A stretch of 64,000 nt of DNA from Malacoraja senta (lineage: Eukaryota), in NCBI GenBank assembly GCA_038087875.1, contig CM075982.1:57040001-57104000 (forward strand), given 5' to 3'. Every line of letters begins with the position of its first letter. The first letter of the stretch is position 1. The notes beneath the pieces were generated by a model, which was given only the letters and a program-made list of their open reading frames with translations, did not search any database and had not been told where the DNA came from. This document shows, one piece after another, positions 25,871 to 37,028 of the stretch. A program made the translations under genes and the position numbers.

Positions 25871-26914
25871 TGATACAGCTCCAACATCAAGCTTAGAGCC
25901 AGGGTTCCATTCCCGCTATAGTAAGGGAACATACAAAGCACTTTTCCACTATAGGGAAGGAGGGGTGAACACATAAGAACAAGGACTTCTGATCCACTTT
26001 ATTACTTCAATGCGACTCCATAAAGAGGGGCAGCTGGATATATAGAAACAAAAATGAATGTGATTCAAGAATATTATTCCAACTATAATTTGAGTAAAAT
26101 AGGTATTTCCCCTTAGCCAGGACATCAAAAATAACTCTGATGTAAGAATGTATTATTTTTAAACAGCAAATTTCACAAAGTAATTCTAAACATTGTAAAA
26201 TATTTTCCAAAGTTTTATCTTTGAGCTCTCATTAAGGTATTTACTTAACAGCTCTGATTTCTACAAAAGCTGAAGTCAACAAAACACAACTTTTCTCAGC
26301 AAGCCCTTTCAGGAAACACTATACAGCTGTCAGCACTGTTTATAAAAAAAAGTGTTTTCCTACCCTTACAGTGTATAATGCCGTGGGGATCTGCAGTCTT
26401 TAATAAACTGTAAACAAACAAATTCAGCCAAGCAACTTATGGTTTCTGCTTCTGCACATGATAGGGGCCTTGCTTCCAAACAACACCTTCTCCAGCACAC
26501 CCCCCCCCCCCCCCCTCCCTCCTCCCCCACTCGGTACCTCCCTGATACACTATGCCTGGATGGCGAGAAAGATAATGTGAATACTTGGAACTACTCTTGA
26601 GCCTCTGACAGACAGGATGTGGGGAAACAAATGCCCGCATGTGTAGCGATCAACTTTTTGATCAGTCATGTCAAAATAAAGGTGGACAGATGTAACAGCT
26701 AAACCCTGCATTATTGCTGTCAGATCTTTTGGAAAATAGAACTGCATCTGCACTTCTCCAAAGTCCCCATCAGTGTAAGTGAATTGCAGGGGTACGGTCT
26801 CTTTGTCATCAGGATCTCACTGCTATCTTGCTCAATGCTGCCATTATTTGGGAAACATGTCTTGCTGTTTGTCTTGCCCTGATCTGTCGCCTAAGCATGT
26901 ACTGTGTTCACCCA

Positions 26915-27103
26915 GCGGGTGCAGCAGCATCTATGGAGCGAAGGAAATAGGTAACGTTTCGGGCCGAAACCCTTCTTCAGGGTTTCGGCCCGAGACGTTA
27001 CCTATTTCCTTCGCTCCATAGATGCTGCTGCACCCGCTGAGTTTCTCCAGCATTTTTGTGTACCTTCGATTTTCCAGCATCTGCAGTTCCTTCTTTAACA
27101 CAA
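26915..27103. mobile_element. Young Penelope-derived hairpin insertion with hammerhead core
   Basis: About 60-bp inverted arms with 1 mismatch; perfect 15-bp TSD TACTGTGTTCACCCA at 26900-26914 and 27104-27118. Confidence 0.9.
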
Positions 27104-27176
27104 TACTGTGTTCACCCATCAGACCAGAACCAGACCATATCAAAGCAGCACAGCTCCAGTGACCTGGGTTCAATCC

Positions 27177-27499
27177 TTTAGACATAGATCATTCAGCCTG
27201 GAAAACAGGTTATTCCCTCCATCTCCCCCCCCCCCCACCCCGCATTTGCGCCAACGAGCAATCACCCCGTACACTAGCACCATCCTACACACGAGGGATC
27301 ATTTACAGAAGACAATTAACCTACAAACCTGTACGTCTTTGGAGGCTGGGAGGAAACCGGAGCAAACAGAGAAAGCCCATGCAGTCACAGGGAGAACATA
27401 CAAACTCTGTATAGACCAGGATTGTAGTTCATAGTCAGGATTGAACCGGGTCTCTGGCGCTATAAGGCAGCAACGCTACTGCGGCGCCACTGTGCCACC
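27177..27499 (-). mobile_element. HE1-like SINE nested in an older + strand V-SINE (about 27145-27720)
   Basis: The older copy head (CCAGTGACCTGGGTTCAATCC) resumes after 27500. Confidence 0.85.
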
Positions 27500-29764
27500 C
27501 TGTCGTCCAGTACTGCCTGTGCGGAGTTTCCATGTTCTTCCTGTGTTGGATTCCTCCTGGTGTTCCAGACAGGTGGCCTGGCAGGCTAATTGGCCTTTGA
27601 AAACTGCCCCTATTGTGTAGGCAAATGGTAAAATCTCAGCGTAGTTGATGGCAATGCGGGGAGAATAAAACAAGATTATTGTAGGATTAGTGTTTCCGTG
27701 TTATATGACTCTCTGGGGGCCACGACCAAATAGTGACCTGAAAACAGGACCAGCTTTAAATTTTCACTCTGCCCCAGCCCTACAAGACAATGGCACCAAC
27801 TGCAGCACTCCCACAATACAATGTGGTGCGGTCTGCAGGGGTAATCCAAGCTTCCACTTTGCTAATGTGCACATGCTGTATTTAGCCTCCAGAGCCCTGC
27901 AGGCATTAGGCTTTAAAGAACCTAATTCATCCCAAGCTCCAGAAGGATTTGACCCAGAATACTCCGCTCTGCTTTATCCTACAAAACCTGGGTCACAGTG
28001 ATACAGCATGCCACAGCTGACTAATTGTTTCTGTTTAAACTTGGTCCCTGACCATAATTTTCATGTGACAAGGGAGATCAATTTCATGGGCCACAAGTTT
28101 CATATGGAATTCCCCGTCATTGGTTACATTATTTCATTCCTAATTCTCAATGGAAAGAAATACTGAAAAACTGGGACAGCAAGATGAATGAGCGAGTAAG
28201 TAACGTAAATAGGAGCAATAAGCCATCCTTGGATGAAAGATAGGAAGAACTCATTACATTACTTTATCAGTGGAGCTATGAATTTCCTTTAAGTAATAAC
28301 ATGACAGATTGTGAAGTCCCTTGTGTACTATATTATGTGGAATTATAACTGCATTAGATTACTCTTTCAAGATACTGTTTAAATTACATATGAACTTATG
28401 ATATTATGGCTGTTATTACATCTATGAAAACAGAAAGCCTATTTCATTTCAATAATTTGCAGATTACTGATACCACATGATGAACTAATAATATTAACAT
28501 CTAAATTATTAGATTATTCTCTCAGGAAAAAAAAGTTCTATAAATTGCTCATCATATCAAATGAATAAAAAGCATAAATTCTCATATGATTCAAATGTGA
28601 ATCATATTATCTCCAGAAAACTAAATTGTAATATACTTTAATCTCAATAATCTTCATGGTTTTCGCCCTGCAGCTTTTACACAGGAAAAAGTAAGCTTTA
28701 TTGGTTTGCACATGTCTGATCTGTCATTCTTCAGTAATTAAGGTCATTACCATTTAATCCGGTGCGTTTTTCTTTCCCCATTACATCATCTGTAAACTTT
28801 GGAATCTTAAATGTTTCAGATAACCTCTATGCCAAAGCATCATACTTCACTACTTGCTGATTTTTAAAAAAAATAGCACTGCACTCTACTGGGAAAGTTT
28901 CCATGATCAGTGGTTTACAAGGAAATACCCCTCATTTTTCTGCTGCAAAGAAGTAATCCGAAGAATATGATTTTCCTGAGCTGTCGCACTACATACCCTT
29001 TAGTCGTCGACAGCTGATTTTGATTTCAGAAGATCTTAAGTTTAAAAAATCCGAAATCCAAGATGCAAAATATAATACAAAAAAATGTTTTCCAAAATAT
29101 TCTATTACTTTTGTAATTGTTTGGAGGATTTGTTGGATTATTCTCCTGTGTAAACAGTTTGGTTCTATTTTAAAACAGAACTAAACCACGCCTTAATATG
29201 CCAAGAGTCACTCCTCTGAGCAGCCACACCTCCCATTCCCTTTATATTTCAGGCTACTGAACTGACGGATCTGTGGAGGGATTAGGGAGATGTCCTCAGA
29301 TTTATCTGTGCGCTTCTTGCAACCCGCTAACACAAATCCAACCGTCTCCCTATTGACCTTGGATCAGCTAATGGGCAACATTTGACAACTAATAAATACC
29401 ACCCCGAGTACTCAGCCGCGCGTTCTTATGTTTTCCTTTTTTTTTTGCCTTCTGTCGCTTTAACATTAATTTCAAATTCAGCCCGAAGGCGAGGAGCTGG
29501 AAGCAATATGGAAATTGTTGGAAGCACATGTCTGACTTTCTGCTCAAAGATCGATCCGGCCGCTTGTACAAAATAAAACAAACAACTTTCCATCCCGAGG
29601 TTCACATGTTGAGCAAACAGCAAAGAGTTTGAGACCTTTAAAAAAAAACAATTCCTGGTGGCCAGCGGACCCCTTGCCTAAAAGGCAGGCGGCGGGGTTA
29701 TTCTAGCGAGAGCTTTGCAAGGATTATGATGGGAAGATTACAAAGCCGACACCGCTTTTCTCAC

Positions 29765-29959
29765 CGTGTACAGTCCTCTGCATGCACCGATGCGGGCGGG
29801 CAGTGTTGCAGCGCCCGGTGGCTGGCTGTGGGCTCGCCGGCTGGTGGGACACGCTCCCGTCCTGACAGCTGCGTCGATCCAGGGGACGCGAACTCCTCTC
29901 GCCAAACACTTATGCAACATCAGGCTCTGCCTGGACTGCAGGAGAAAGTGTGGGAGCAT
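29765..29959 (-). CDS. Possible coding part or uORF of exon 1 (65 codons, MLPHFLLQSR...CRGLYT)
   Basis: ATG at 29959 with G at -3; the frame stays open to the donor and ends exactly on a codon boundary. No homolog recognised. Confidence 0.25.
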
Positions 29960-30103
29960 CGCTGCCCGCCGCTTCCCCCTCTCTGTAGACAGGCGCACAA
30001 GTTGTTCCTTTCTGCCCGGCGCCCGTCCTCAGCGCAAACACGGTAACAGTGCCGGTCCGGGCCAGTGATCGGGACACCGGGCGCCCGCCGCTCACTGTTG
30101 TCT

Positions 30104-30132
30104 GTGTGTGTCAGTGTGTGTGTGTGTGTGTG
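30104..30132. repeat. Interrupted (GT)n microsatellite
   Basis: Seen directly. Confidence 0.9.
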
Positions 30133-30214
30133 CACCGCCGCCGCTCACTGTTGTGCTCTCTGTGCAATGCCACCGCTCCGCGTGATTCAGCTGTTGTCAG
30201 TTTCACACCAGTCC

Positions 30215-30482
30215 CGCCTCTCCCTTCTCTCTCCTCCCTCCCCTCCTCTTCTCTCCTCCCTCTCTCCTCCCTCCCCTCCCCTCCCACCTCTTTCCACCAT
30301 CCCTCCTCTCTCCCAACCCTCCCCTCTATCCCGCTCTCGTCCTCTCCCCTTCCACCCTCCCTCTCCTCCCGCCCCTCTACCCCCTTCATCCCCTCTTTCC
30401 CTCCTCCTCATCCCTCCCTCCCTCTCTCTCTCTCCTCCTCATCCCTCCCTCCCTCCCTCCCTCTCCTCCTCCCGTCCACCCA
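30215..30482. repeat. Polypyrimidine/polypurine (CT-rich) low-complexity tract
   Basis: About 270 bp almost entirely C/T on the + strand, with CCCT/CTCC units. Confidence 0.95.
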
Positions 30483-31109
30483 CAGGGAAGCCCGCAGCCA
30501 GCTGCACCATTGGCTGCCCTCTCTCCTGAGTGACGTGGACATGTTTCATTGCAAACCTCGCAACCAAGGCACCGACAGTCGGTGACAAAAGTACAAGTCA
30601 GCCGTAGCATTTACATTCTGTGCAACCGATCCACATTAAATGCTTATTTACTACCCAGATCGACTTTTTAAGTGAAGCGAGGGAGGCCTGTGCACTGTAA
30701 GCGAATGGGAATGCAAAGCTGCAATTAACACAGTTAATTATACAACAGCGCGATATTTACCTCGGAAATAAAGGACAATTGGTCCCGTCCCGGCCCAGAT
30801 TAAAGCGAAGTGCAACAAAAGTTCTCTTGCAGAACACGGCATCACAGGTCAGGAACCCCTTGCACGGAATTATATAATGGTCATCAGGAATGAAATCTTG
30901 TCACATTTTTTTCCCGCCTCGGCTTTGTCACTACTTATTTACGTGTGAATTGGGAAGGGTATTAACACCGTCCAATAGGTCACCTGTTCGGGTTGCACAG
31001 TTAATCCGGCTCATGGAACATATATATTACTGTTTCTAGTGCACCAAAGCAGGTGACTGAGAAAAAACATAGTGGGAGTCTTAGCCTTAGTTTAGCTTGT
31101 CTTAAATTT

Positions 31110-31200
31110 AGGAGTCTGAAGAAGGGTCCTGACCCGAAACGCCACCCATTCATGTTCTCCAAAGATGCTGCCTGAGTTACTCCAGCGCTTTGTGTCTTTT
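31110..31200 (+). mobile_element. Penelope terminal fragment with hammerhead core
   Basis: CTGAAGAAGGGTCCTGACCCGAAACGCC at 31116-31143 (cleavage triplet mutated). Confidence 0.8.
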
Positions 31201-31202
31201 CT

Positions 31203-31522
31203 TAGTTTAGTTTAGTTTAGAAATACAGCATGAACACAGACCCTTCAGCCTACCCAGTTCATGTCTACCATCGATTTACACTAGTTCTATGTTATCCCAC
31301 TTCCTCAACCACTCCCTGCACTCTAGGGGCAATTTTACAGAGGTCAATTAACCCACAAATACGCACATCCTTGGCATGTGGGAGGAAACCAGAGTACCTG
31401 GAGAAAACCCAGGCGGTCACAGGAAGAACGTGCAAACTCCACGCAGACAGCACCCAGGGTTAGGTTCAAACCCAGTTGTCAGGTGCTGTGAGGCAGCGGC
31501 TCTACCATCTGCGCCACTGTGC
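31203..31522 (-). mobile_element. HE1-like SINE
   Basis: (TTTAG)n tail through to the tRNA head. Confidence 0.9.
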
Positions 31523-31655
31523 TGAGGGTCAACAGATCAACAATGATCCTGCTCCCAACGTATGACTCATACACATGAACAACTTTATGTAGGCACCTCA
31601 AAGCAGATTGTAAGTACCACCGTTACTGTCTCCATAAAACCCTTCAAATATATTG

Positions 31656-31780
31656 TGTAGGAAAGAACTGCAGATGCTGGTTTAAATCAAAGGTAGACAC
31701 AAACTGCTGGAGTAACTCAGTGGGACAAGCAGCATCTCTGGAGAGAAGGAATGGGTGACGTTTCGGGTTGAGATCCTTCT
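31656..31780 (-). mobile_element. Short Penelope-derived insertion
   Basis: TSD CTTCAAATATATTG at 31642-31655 and 31781-31794. Confidence 0.85.
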
Positions 31781-31844
31781 CTTCAAATATATTGGCAGAT
31801 TGGGCCAATCTGTGAGGATGTCCTCCCTCATATCAACAGGTTAG

Positions 31845-32115
31845 GTTCATTATTGTCACGTGTACTGAGGTACAGTGAAAAGATTTGTTTTGCATGCTAT
31901 CCAATCAAATCAGATAATACTACACATAAATATAATCAAGCCTAACTCATACAATAGATAGAGTGATGGGAAAGATACAAAGTGCAGAATGTAGTTCTCA
32001 GCATTGTAACACACCAGTTCCAGAGACAAAGTCCAATGTCTGTAATTGGGCCGGGGTGAATTGAACAATACCCTGGCTTATGGAAGGAGCTTGGTCTGAA
32101 GCTCACCAACTTCAA
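31845..32115 (-). mobile_element. Rex1/Babar-type 3' tail
   Basis: TTATTGTCACGTGTACTGAGGTACAGTGAAAA is the reverse complement of the conserved tail. Confidence 0.7.
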
Positions 32116-32384
32116 TGGGACCATGAACACACATCTATATACCTATCTCCTCAAATGAATACCCACCGCCAAACTGCATCACAGCAAGAGATTTCCAGTA
32201 GGATAAATGAGACACTACAATGGTGTCCTCAAAGCGTCATTGAAACAAATGTTTTATCCTTCTTAGACATGACAAGAACTTAGGCCTGAAACCATTCAAA
32301 TTGCTAGTGAAACCTGGGAATGTTCAAAACATTTGTAGTCTACCTAAATAGAGCACGTGTTGGCTCTCAGCACAATGACCAAAA

Positions 32385-32600
32385 GTTTTTTCGCAGAGGG
32401 TGGTGCGTATATGGAATGAGCTACCAGAGGAGGTAGATGAGACAAGCACTATATCAACATTTAAAACACATTTGGACAGGTACATGGATTGGAAAGGTTT
32501 AGAGGAATATGGGCCAAATGCGGGCTGGTGGGACTAGTGCATCTTGGTCGTCATGGGCACGTTGAACTGAAGGGCCTGTTTCCATGCTGTGTGACACTAT
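32385..32600 (+). mobile_element. CR1 3' fragment inside an RTE remnant (about 32150-32710)
   Basis: TTTTTTCGCAGAGGGTGGTG...GAAGGGCCTGTTTCC; the flanks resemble an RTE C-terminus. Confidence 0.75.
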
Positions 32601-33029
32601 GTGCACCACAATCACAGCCACAGACTGTACTACATCCCGATAGAAGGCAACAATTGCAGATACTTCACAGGACTTGTTGTCATCTCAGAATCCTCTACCA
32701 CAAAGGACTGTTCAAGATGAAGATAAAATACATAATAAACATGACTTTAAAAATCTAAAACAGATCCATCTTATTGTCATCCAAATGGGGATTGAGTTTT
32801 TTTTAAAGAAAGCATAATGAAGAAGCATGTTTGGTTGTCCACCCTGTAAAGACTTGCCATTTCTAGGCCCATATGTTGGCACGATTAAATAAATCTGTGG
32901 GGACAAATGCTGGGCATTGGTTTTTTAACTAAAAAACTTGGTTATACAATTTGAGATGTGAATTGTAGTGTACAGGATGGTATTGAGCCACAAGGACTGG
33001 TGCGTGCCTGAATTCACTTGAATTCACTC

Positions 33030-33447
33030 GCTAGAATTTAGGAGATTGAGAGGGGATCTTATAGAAACGTACAAGATTCTTATGGGGATGGACAGGCTAG
33101 ATGCAGGAAGATTGTTCCCGATGTTGGGGAAGTCCAGGACAAGGGGTCACAGCTTAAGGATAAGGGGGAAATCCTTTAAGACCGAGATGAGGAAAAACTT
33201 TTTCACACAGAGAGTGGTGAATCTCTGGAACTCTCTGCCACAGAGGGTAGTTGAGGCCAGTTCATTGGCTATATTTAAGAGGGAATTAGATGTGGCCCTT
33301 GTGGCTAAAGGGATCAGGGGGTATGGAGAGAAGGCAGGTACGGGATACTGAGTTGGATGATCAGCCATGATCGTATTGAATGGCAGTGCAGGCTCGAAGG
33401 GCCGAATGGCCTACTCCTGCACCTAATTTCTATGTATCTATGTATGT
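33030..33447 (+). mobile_element. Young CR1 3' fragment
   Basis: Intact ORF end RGDLIETYKIL...KSRTRGHSLRIRGK...FFTQRVVNLWNSLPQ...GYGEKAGTGY*. Confidence 0.95.
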
Positions 33448-33589
33448 CAACTCTCACTTTGTAATGTACGAACAGAGTGCTGCTTTCTCAACTGGCTCAC
33501 ATTCCAATGTTCAGACCTCCGTGCCGCAGGTGACATTAAAGCAACATGAAGGTTGTGCCTACACATCGGTGGAGTTCCTTGCTGATATA

Positions 33590-33940
33590 CTGTATGTTCA
33601 ATCATTTCAACGTTGACAATTGGTTCCTGTGTATTTCTTCCAGTCTTGTGTACAGCATTCTGCATTGTGTACAGCATTCATTGCTCAAGATGTGGTCTCC
33701 TCCAATTGGAAATTGCACAGATAGGGTGACTGCTTTGCCAAGCACCTGCATTGAGTCCACAGTGGCAATCCCGAGCTTCCCGTTGCTTGTCACTTTAATC
33801 CCCCAACCCTCTTCCACTCTAATCTCTTTGTCCGTGGCTCCTACATTGTTACTGCAAGTCCAAATGTATACTTGTGGAACCAAACCTCATCTTCTGTATA
33901 GATTGGAATCAATATTGCATTCATCAATTTCTATTTCAAT
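33590..33940 (+). mobile_element. Penelope-like element, GIY-YIG endonuclease remnant
   Basis: Frameshifted SSLVYSIHCSRCGLL...GDCFAKHL...PELPVACHFNP...HLLYRL. Confidence 0.75.
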
Positions 33941-34169
33941 TCACGAAATTGAAGTATGTTATTTTCTCTGGTTATATCTAAACTGTAATATGTTTCTGTT
34001 TTTTACTCTTCACCGGTATAGCCTGATTTTGGCCTATATGTTTCACAATTTTTTCATGTTCCTTTGTCTGTGTTCTCTCTCCCTCTCTCTCTCCCTTGTG
34101 ATTGCTGCATTAAAATATCAGCCACATCGCTTCATCCACAGCTACTCAACTAATCATAGAAACAAATAA

Positions 34170-35140
34170 CCATAGAAATTAAGAGCTGGTTAGCCCATAA
34201 AACCTGCTCCATCATTCATATGATCATGCAAAGTCAGCACCGTTACTGCTTTCTCTGCATATTACTTGACCTCTTTGGCTATCAGAACATGAGTGTAGCA
34301 AATAGGAGCAGAAATAGGCCATTCAGCCCCTCTAGCCTGCCCTGCCATAGCTAATCTTCTCCAGGTCCCTTCTCCTCTTCTTTGCCAGTTCTCCAATTTC
34401 CTTATGATTCACAATTTCCTTCAAAAATCCCCAATTATCTAGAATACAAAATTACCAGGATAGAAAATTTCACAGGTTAACCTTCTTACACAACCCAGTT
34501 TTAAGTGAGTGAACTCTAATCTTGTAACTCCATCCCTCATTTCAGGTCATCCCACTGATGGAAGCATCTACCCATCGTACACTCTAAGGATCTTACATAA
34601 AATCACTCCAAATGTTACTGAACTCCATGGAATTCAGATGTACTTTCTTTACCCACTCTTGAGAGGACAACTCCCTCATCCTAGCAGGTGCCCTGTGACT
34701 CTCTTTTGGTGTGCATCCAAAACTATGTACAGTATCTAGGTGTGGCCAATAAGAACTATATATAACTCCATCTTCAATATACTTAAAAAATTGGTATCCT
34801 ATGGTACAGAATTTCATTCTTCATCCAATTTTTAGATGAAGGTGAAGAACTTCCTCCTGATATCAGTCCTAAGTGACCTACCCAGTATCATGGTTCTGGA
34901 CTTCCACACTATCTGAGATATCTTTTTTTAGTCAGTCTAGTCCCATCTGGATGTTATATGTTACAGTGAGGTCCCTTCTACATCTGGTAATTTAACAAAT
35001 ATAATTCCTCTTGTCCCATCCTCCTTTCACATGCCAGTCCTGCCATCCCAGGAATCAGTCTCGTGAACCTTCCCTCCAGAGCAAGATAGGAGATCAAAAC
35101 TGCACACAGCTTGCAAATTGTGGTCTTTCCAGAGCAGTGT
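34170..35140 (-). mobile_element. Old CR1 fragments (two interleaved)
   Basis: AGGCCATTCAGCCC tails and antisense CCTGCCATCCCAGGAATCAGTCTCGTGAACCTT. Confidence 0.65.
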
Positions 35141-35149
35141 ACAGCTGCT

Positions 35150-35530
35150 CCTAGTAACCTTTGTATTGCTGTTTATCACTCATCTAGCTGTCTCCACCCC
35201 CCCCCCCCTTCCCTCTCCCTGCTTTTTGTTTGTCTACCTCCATCTATCATCCACCTGCTTATGTTTCCCAACTTCAGCCTGCCCTCTCCCTTACCTGGCT
35301 TGATCTACCTATGTTCCTTCACCCCTTCTTGGCCTACCGTCACCCCCTCGCCCCTGTCCCACCACTCCTCCTCCCCTTTTTTCCCGGCATCTTCTCTCTC
35401 CACTCCTAATTGTAAATCAGGGTTTTGATCCAAAATGTAAAAATTCCTTTGCCACCACAGATGCTGCTTAATCTATTGAGTTCCTCCAGTTATTCCAGAT
35501 TTCAGCATTTGCAAACTCTTTTGTCTCCAT
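35150..35530 (+). mobile_element. Penelope 3' region (pyrimidine-rich UTR and terminal repeat)
   Basis: Ends ACAGATGCTGCTT...GAGTTCCTCCAG...CAGCATTTGCA; another old terminal copy lies at 35750-35850. Confidence 0.6.
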
Positions 35531-36737
35531 TCCTTCTCCTGCATTCAATTCCTCTGACTATGCAGTCAAATGTGCCATTTGCCTGCATGTGTACTTTCAT
35601 CAATTGGTGCACAAGGGCATCCACGTTTCACTGCATCTCTATTTTCCTAACGTCTACCGATAAAACATGATGGCTACCCTGGTCGCACCACATCAAGGAT
35701 TTTCCCCACTCTCCCTCCAATTTAAAACTAATCTGTTTTCTTCCTTTACCAGTTCCATTGAAGGGCCTTCAACCAGAAACATTGATTCTGTTTGTCCATC
35801 TACAGATGCTGTCTGACCTGCTGAGCATTTCTAACATTTTCTGTTTTTATTCACAGTTCAGGAATCATAATTTTCAGCAGTCTTCTGATTTACTTTAAAA
35901 TTTTACTTATGACATTGGATTCTTTATACATTAAACTAAAAATCTTAACCAGATTGTCAGAAATCTTACGGATCATTGGTCCTGTATATGTATTCAATAA
36001 AAATCCGCAAGTGTCTAAATCTGATATATTAATTAAAAAGTAGAAACCTTTATTAAGTCAGCAGAACAGTTGCTTTTAATGCCACCAAAGTTAGAAGTCA
36101 TGACCTATGTGTATTCTCAACTACAAGGCATTCCATATTGTGAGCTGTTTATACTTCTTGGCAAAACAGCAGAGAATGGACCATAACAAATATCAGTGAA
36201 ATAAAGTGTATCGTATAATTTCACAATAGGAAATATTTTTTAATTACAAAACTTTTCTGAACCCTTTCATTATAGGGGAGCACGCCAGATCTTTCCTCAA
36301 CTCAGCATCTATCCTTGACATCATGACCAAGAAGAATATGTTCTCTTGAATATTTTGCTTCCTTCTGAGCCTGAAAGCTTCTGTTATTGAGTTGAAACTT
36401 GCAATCAAGGCTGTTAGGTATTGTAGGATAACATGGATCCAGATTGAATCAATTTCATTGTGTTTTTTAGCATCATTGATAAGCCAAACAACTTTCCCTC
36501 CACAATCAAAGGAACATTCCTATTCATCTCAAAATAATAAAGTTCATTTTGTGATTTACTCCGTCATTGTATCAGCCTTTTGTTCATTGATTATCTCTTC
36601 CATTTATTTACAAATGAAATCATTTTAGAAATGTGGATTACATTTGTGCATATTAATCATTTTTTCCAGGATGATTAGGGGAGTGTAAAATTGAAACTTC
36701 AGTGATTTTTCAAAATACTGGTTGCACCAATACTTCA

Positions 36738-37028
36738 AAACATAGAAACATAGAAAATAGGTGCAGGAGTAGGCCATTTGGCCCTTCGAGTCAGCACCGC
36801 CATTCAATATGATCATGGCTGATCATCCAAAATCAGTACCCTGTTCCTGCTTTCTCCCCATATCCCTCGTTTCCTAAGAGCTACAGTATATCTAACTCTC
36901 TTTGGCAAACATCCAGTGAATTGGCCTCCACTGCCTTCGGTGGCAGAGAATTCCACAGATTCACAACTCTCTGGGTGAAAACGTTTTTCCTCATCTCAGT
37001 CCTGAATGGCCTACCCCTTATTCTTAAA
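36738..37028 (-). mobile_element. CR1 3' fragment
   Basis: (AAACATAG)n tail followed by AAATAGGTGCAGGAGTAGGCCATT. Confidence 0.92.

Larger units (their letters stand above)
29765..30190 (-). other. Candidate first exon (5' end uncertain)
   Basis: Minus-strand 5' splice site ACG|GTGAGA at 29765/29764, near the downstream edge of the CpG island; GC content falls sharply a little beyond it. Confidence 0.6.
29650..30610 (-). promoter_or_regulatory. CpG island / promoter of an unidentified minus-strand gene
   Basis: The only non-repeat GC/CpG-rich stretch in an otherwise CpG-depleted window. Contains a CCAAT box on the minus strand (ATTGG 30509-30513), a CRE-like TGACGT (30531-30536) and a purine/pyrimidine tract. 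It ends at a minus-strand splice donor. Confidence 0.8.

Noticed and set aside
26915-27103. Hairpin as a miRNA gene or MITE
   Set aside because: The arms are Penelope terminal-repeat sequence, asymmetric, with a 15-bp TSD of variable length across copies; this fits retrotransposition, not a cut-and-paste TIR element.
5285-29959. Assigning a gene symbol to the minus-strand gene
   Set aside because: No recognisable protein domain lies within the window.
30049-30610. Pro/Ser/Leu-rich and Gly/Arg/Glu-rich ORFs
   Set aside because: Artefacts of the CT/GA low-complexity tract.
33546-34169. 207-aa ORF
   Set aside because: Drifts in and out of frame across a decayed Penelope GIY-YIG region; not an intact gene.
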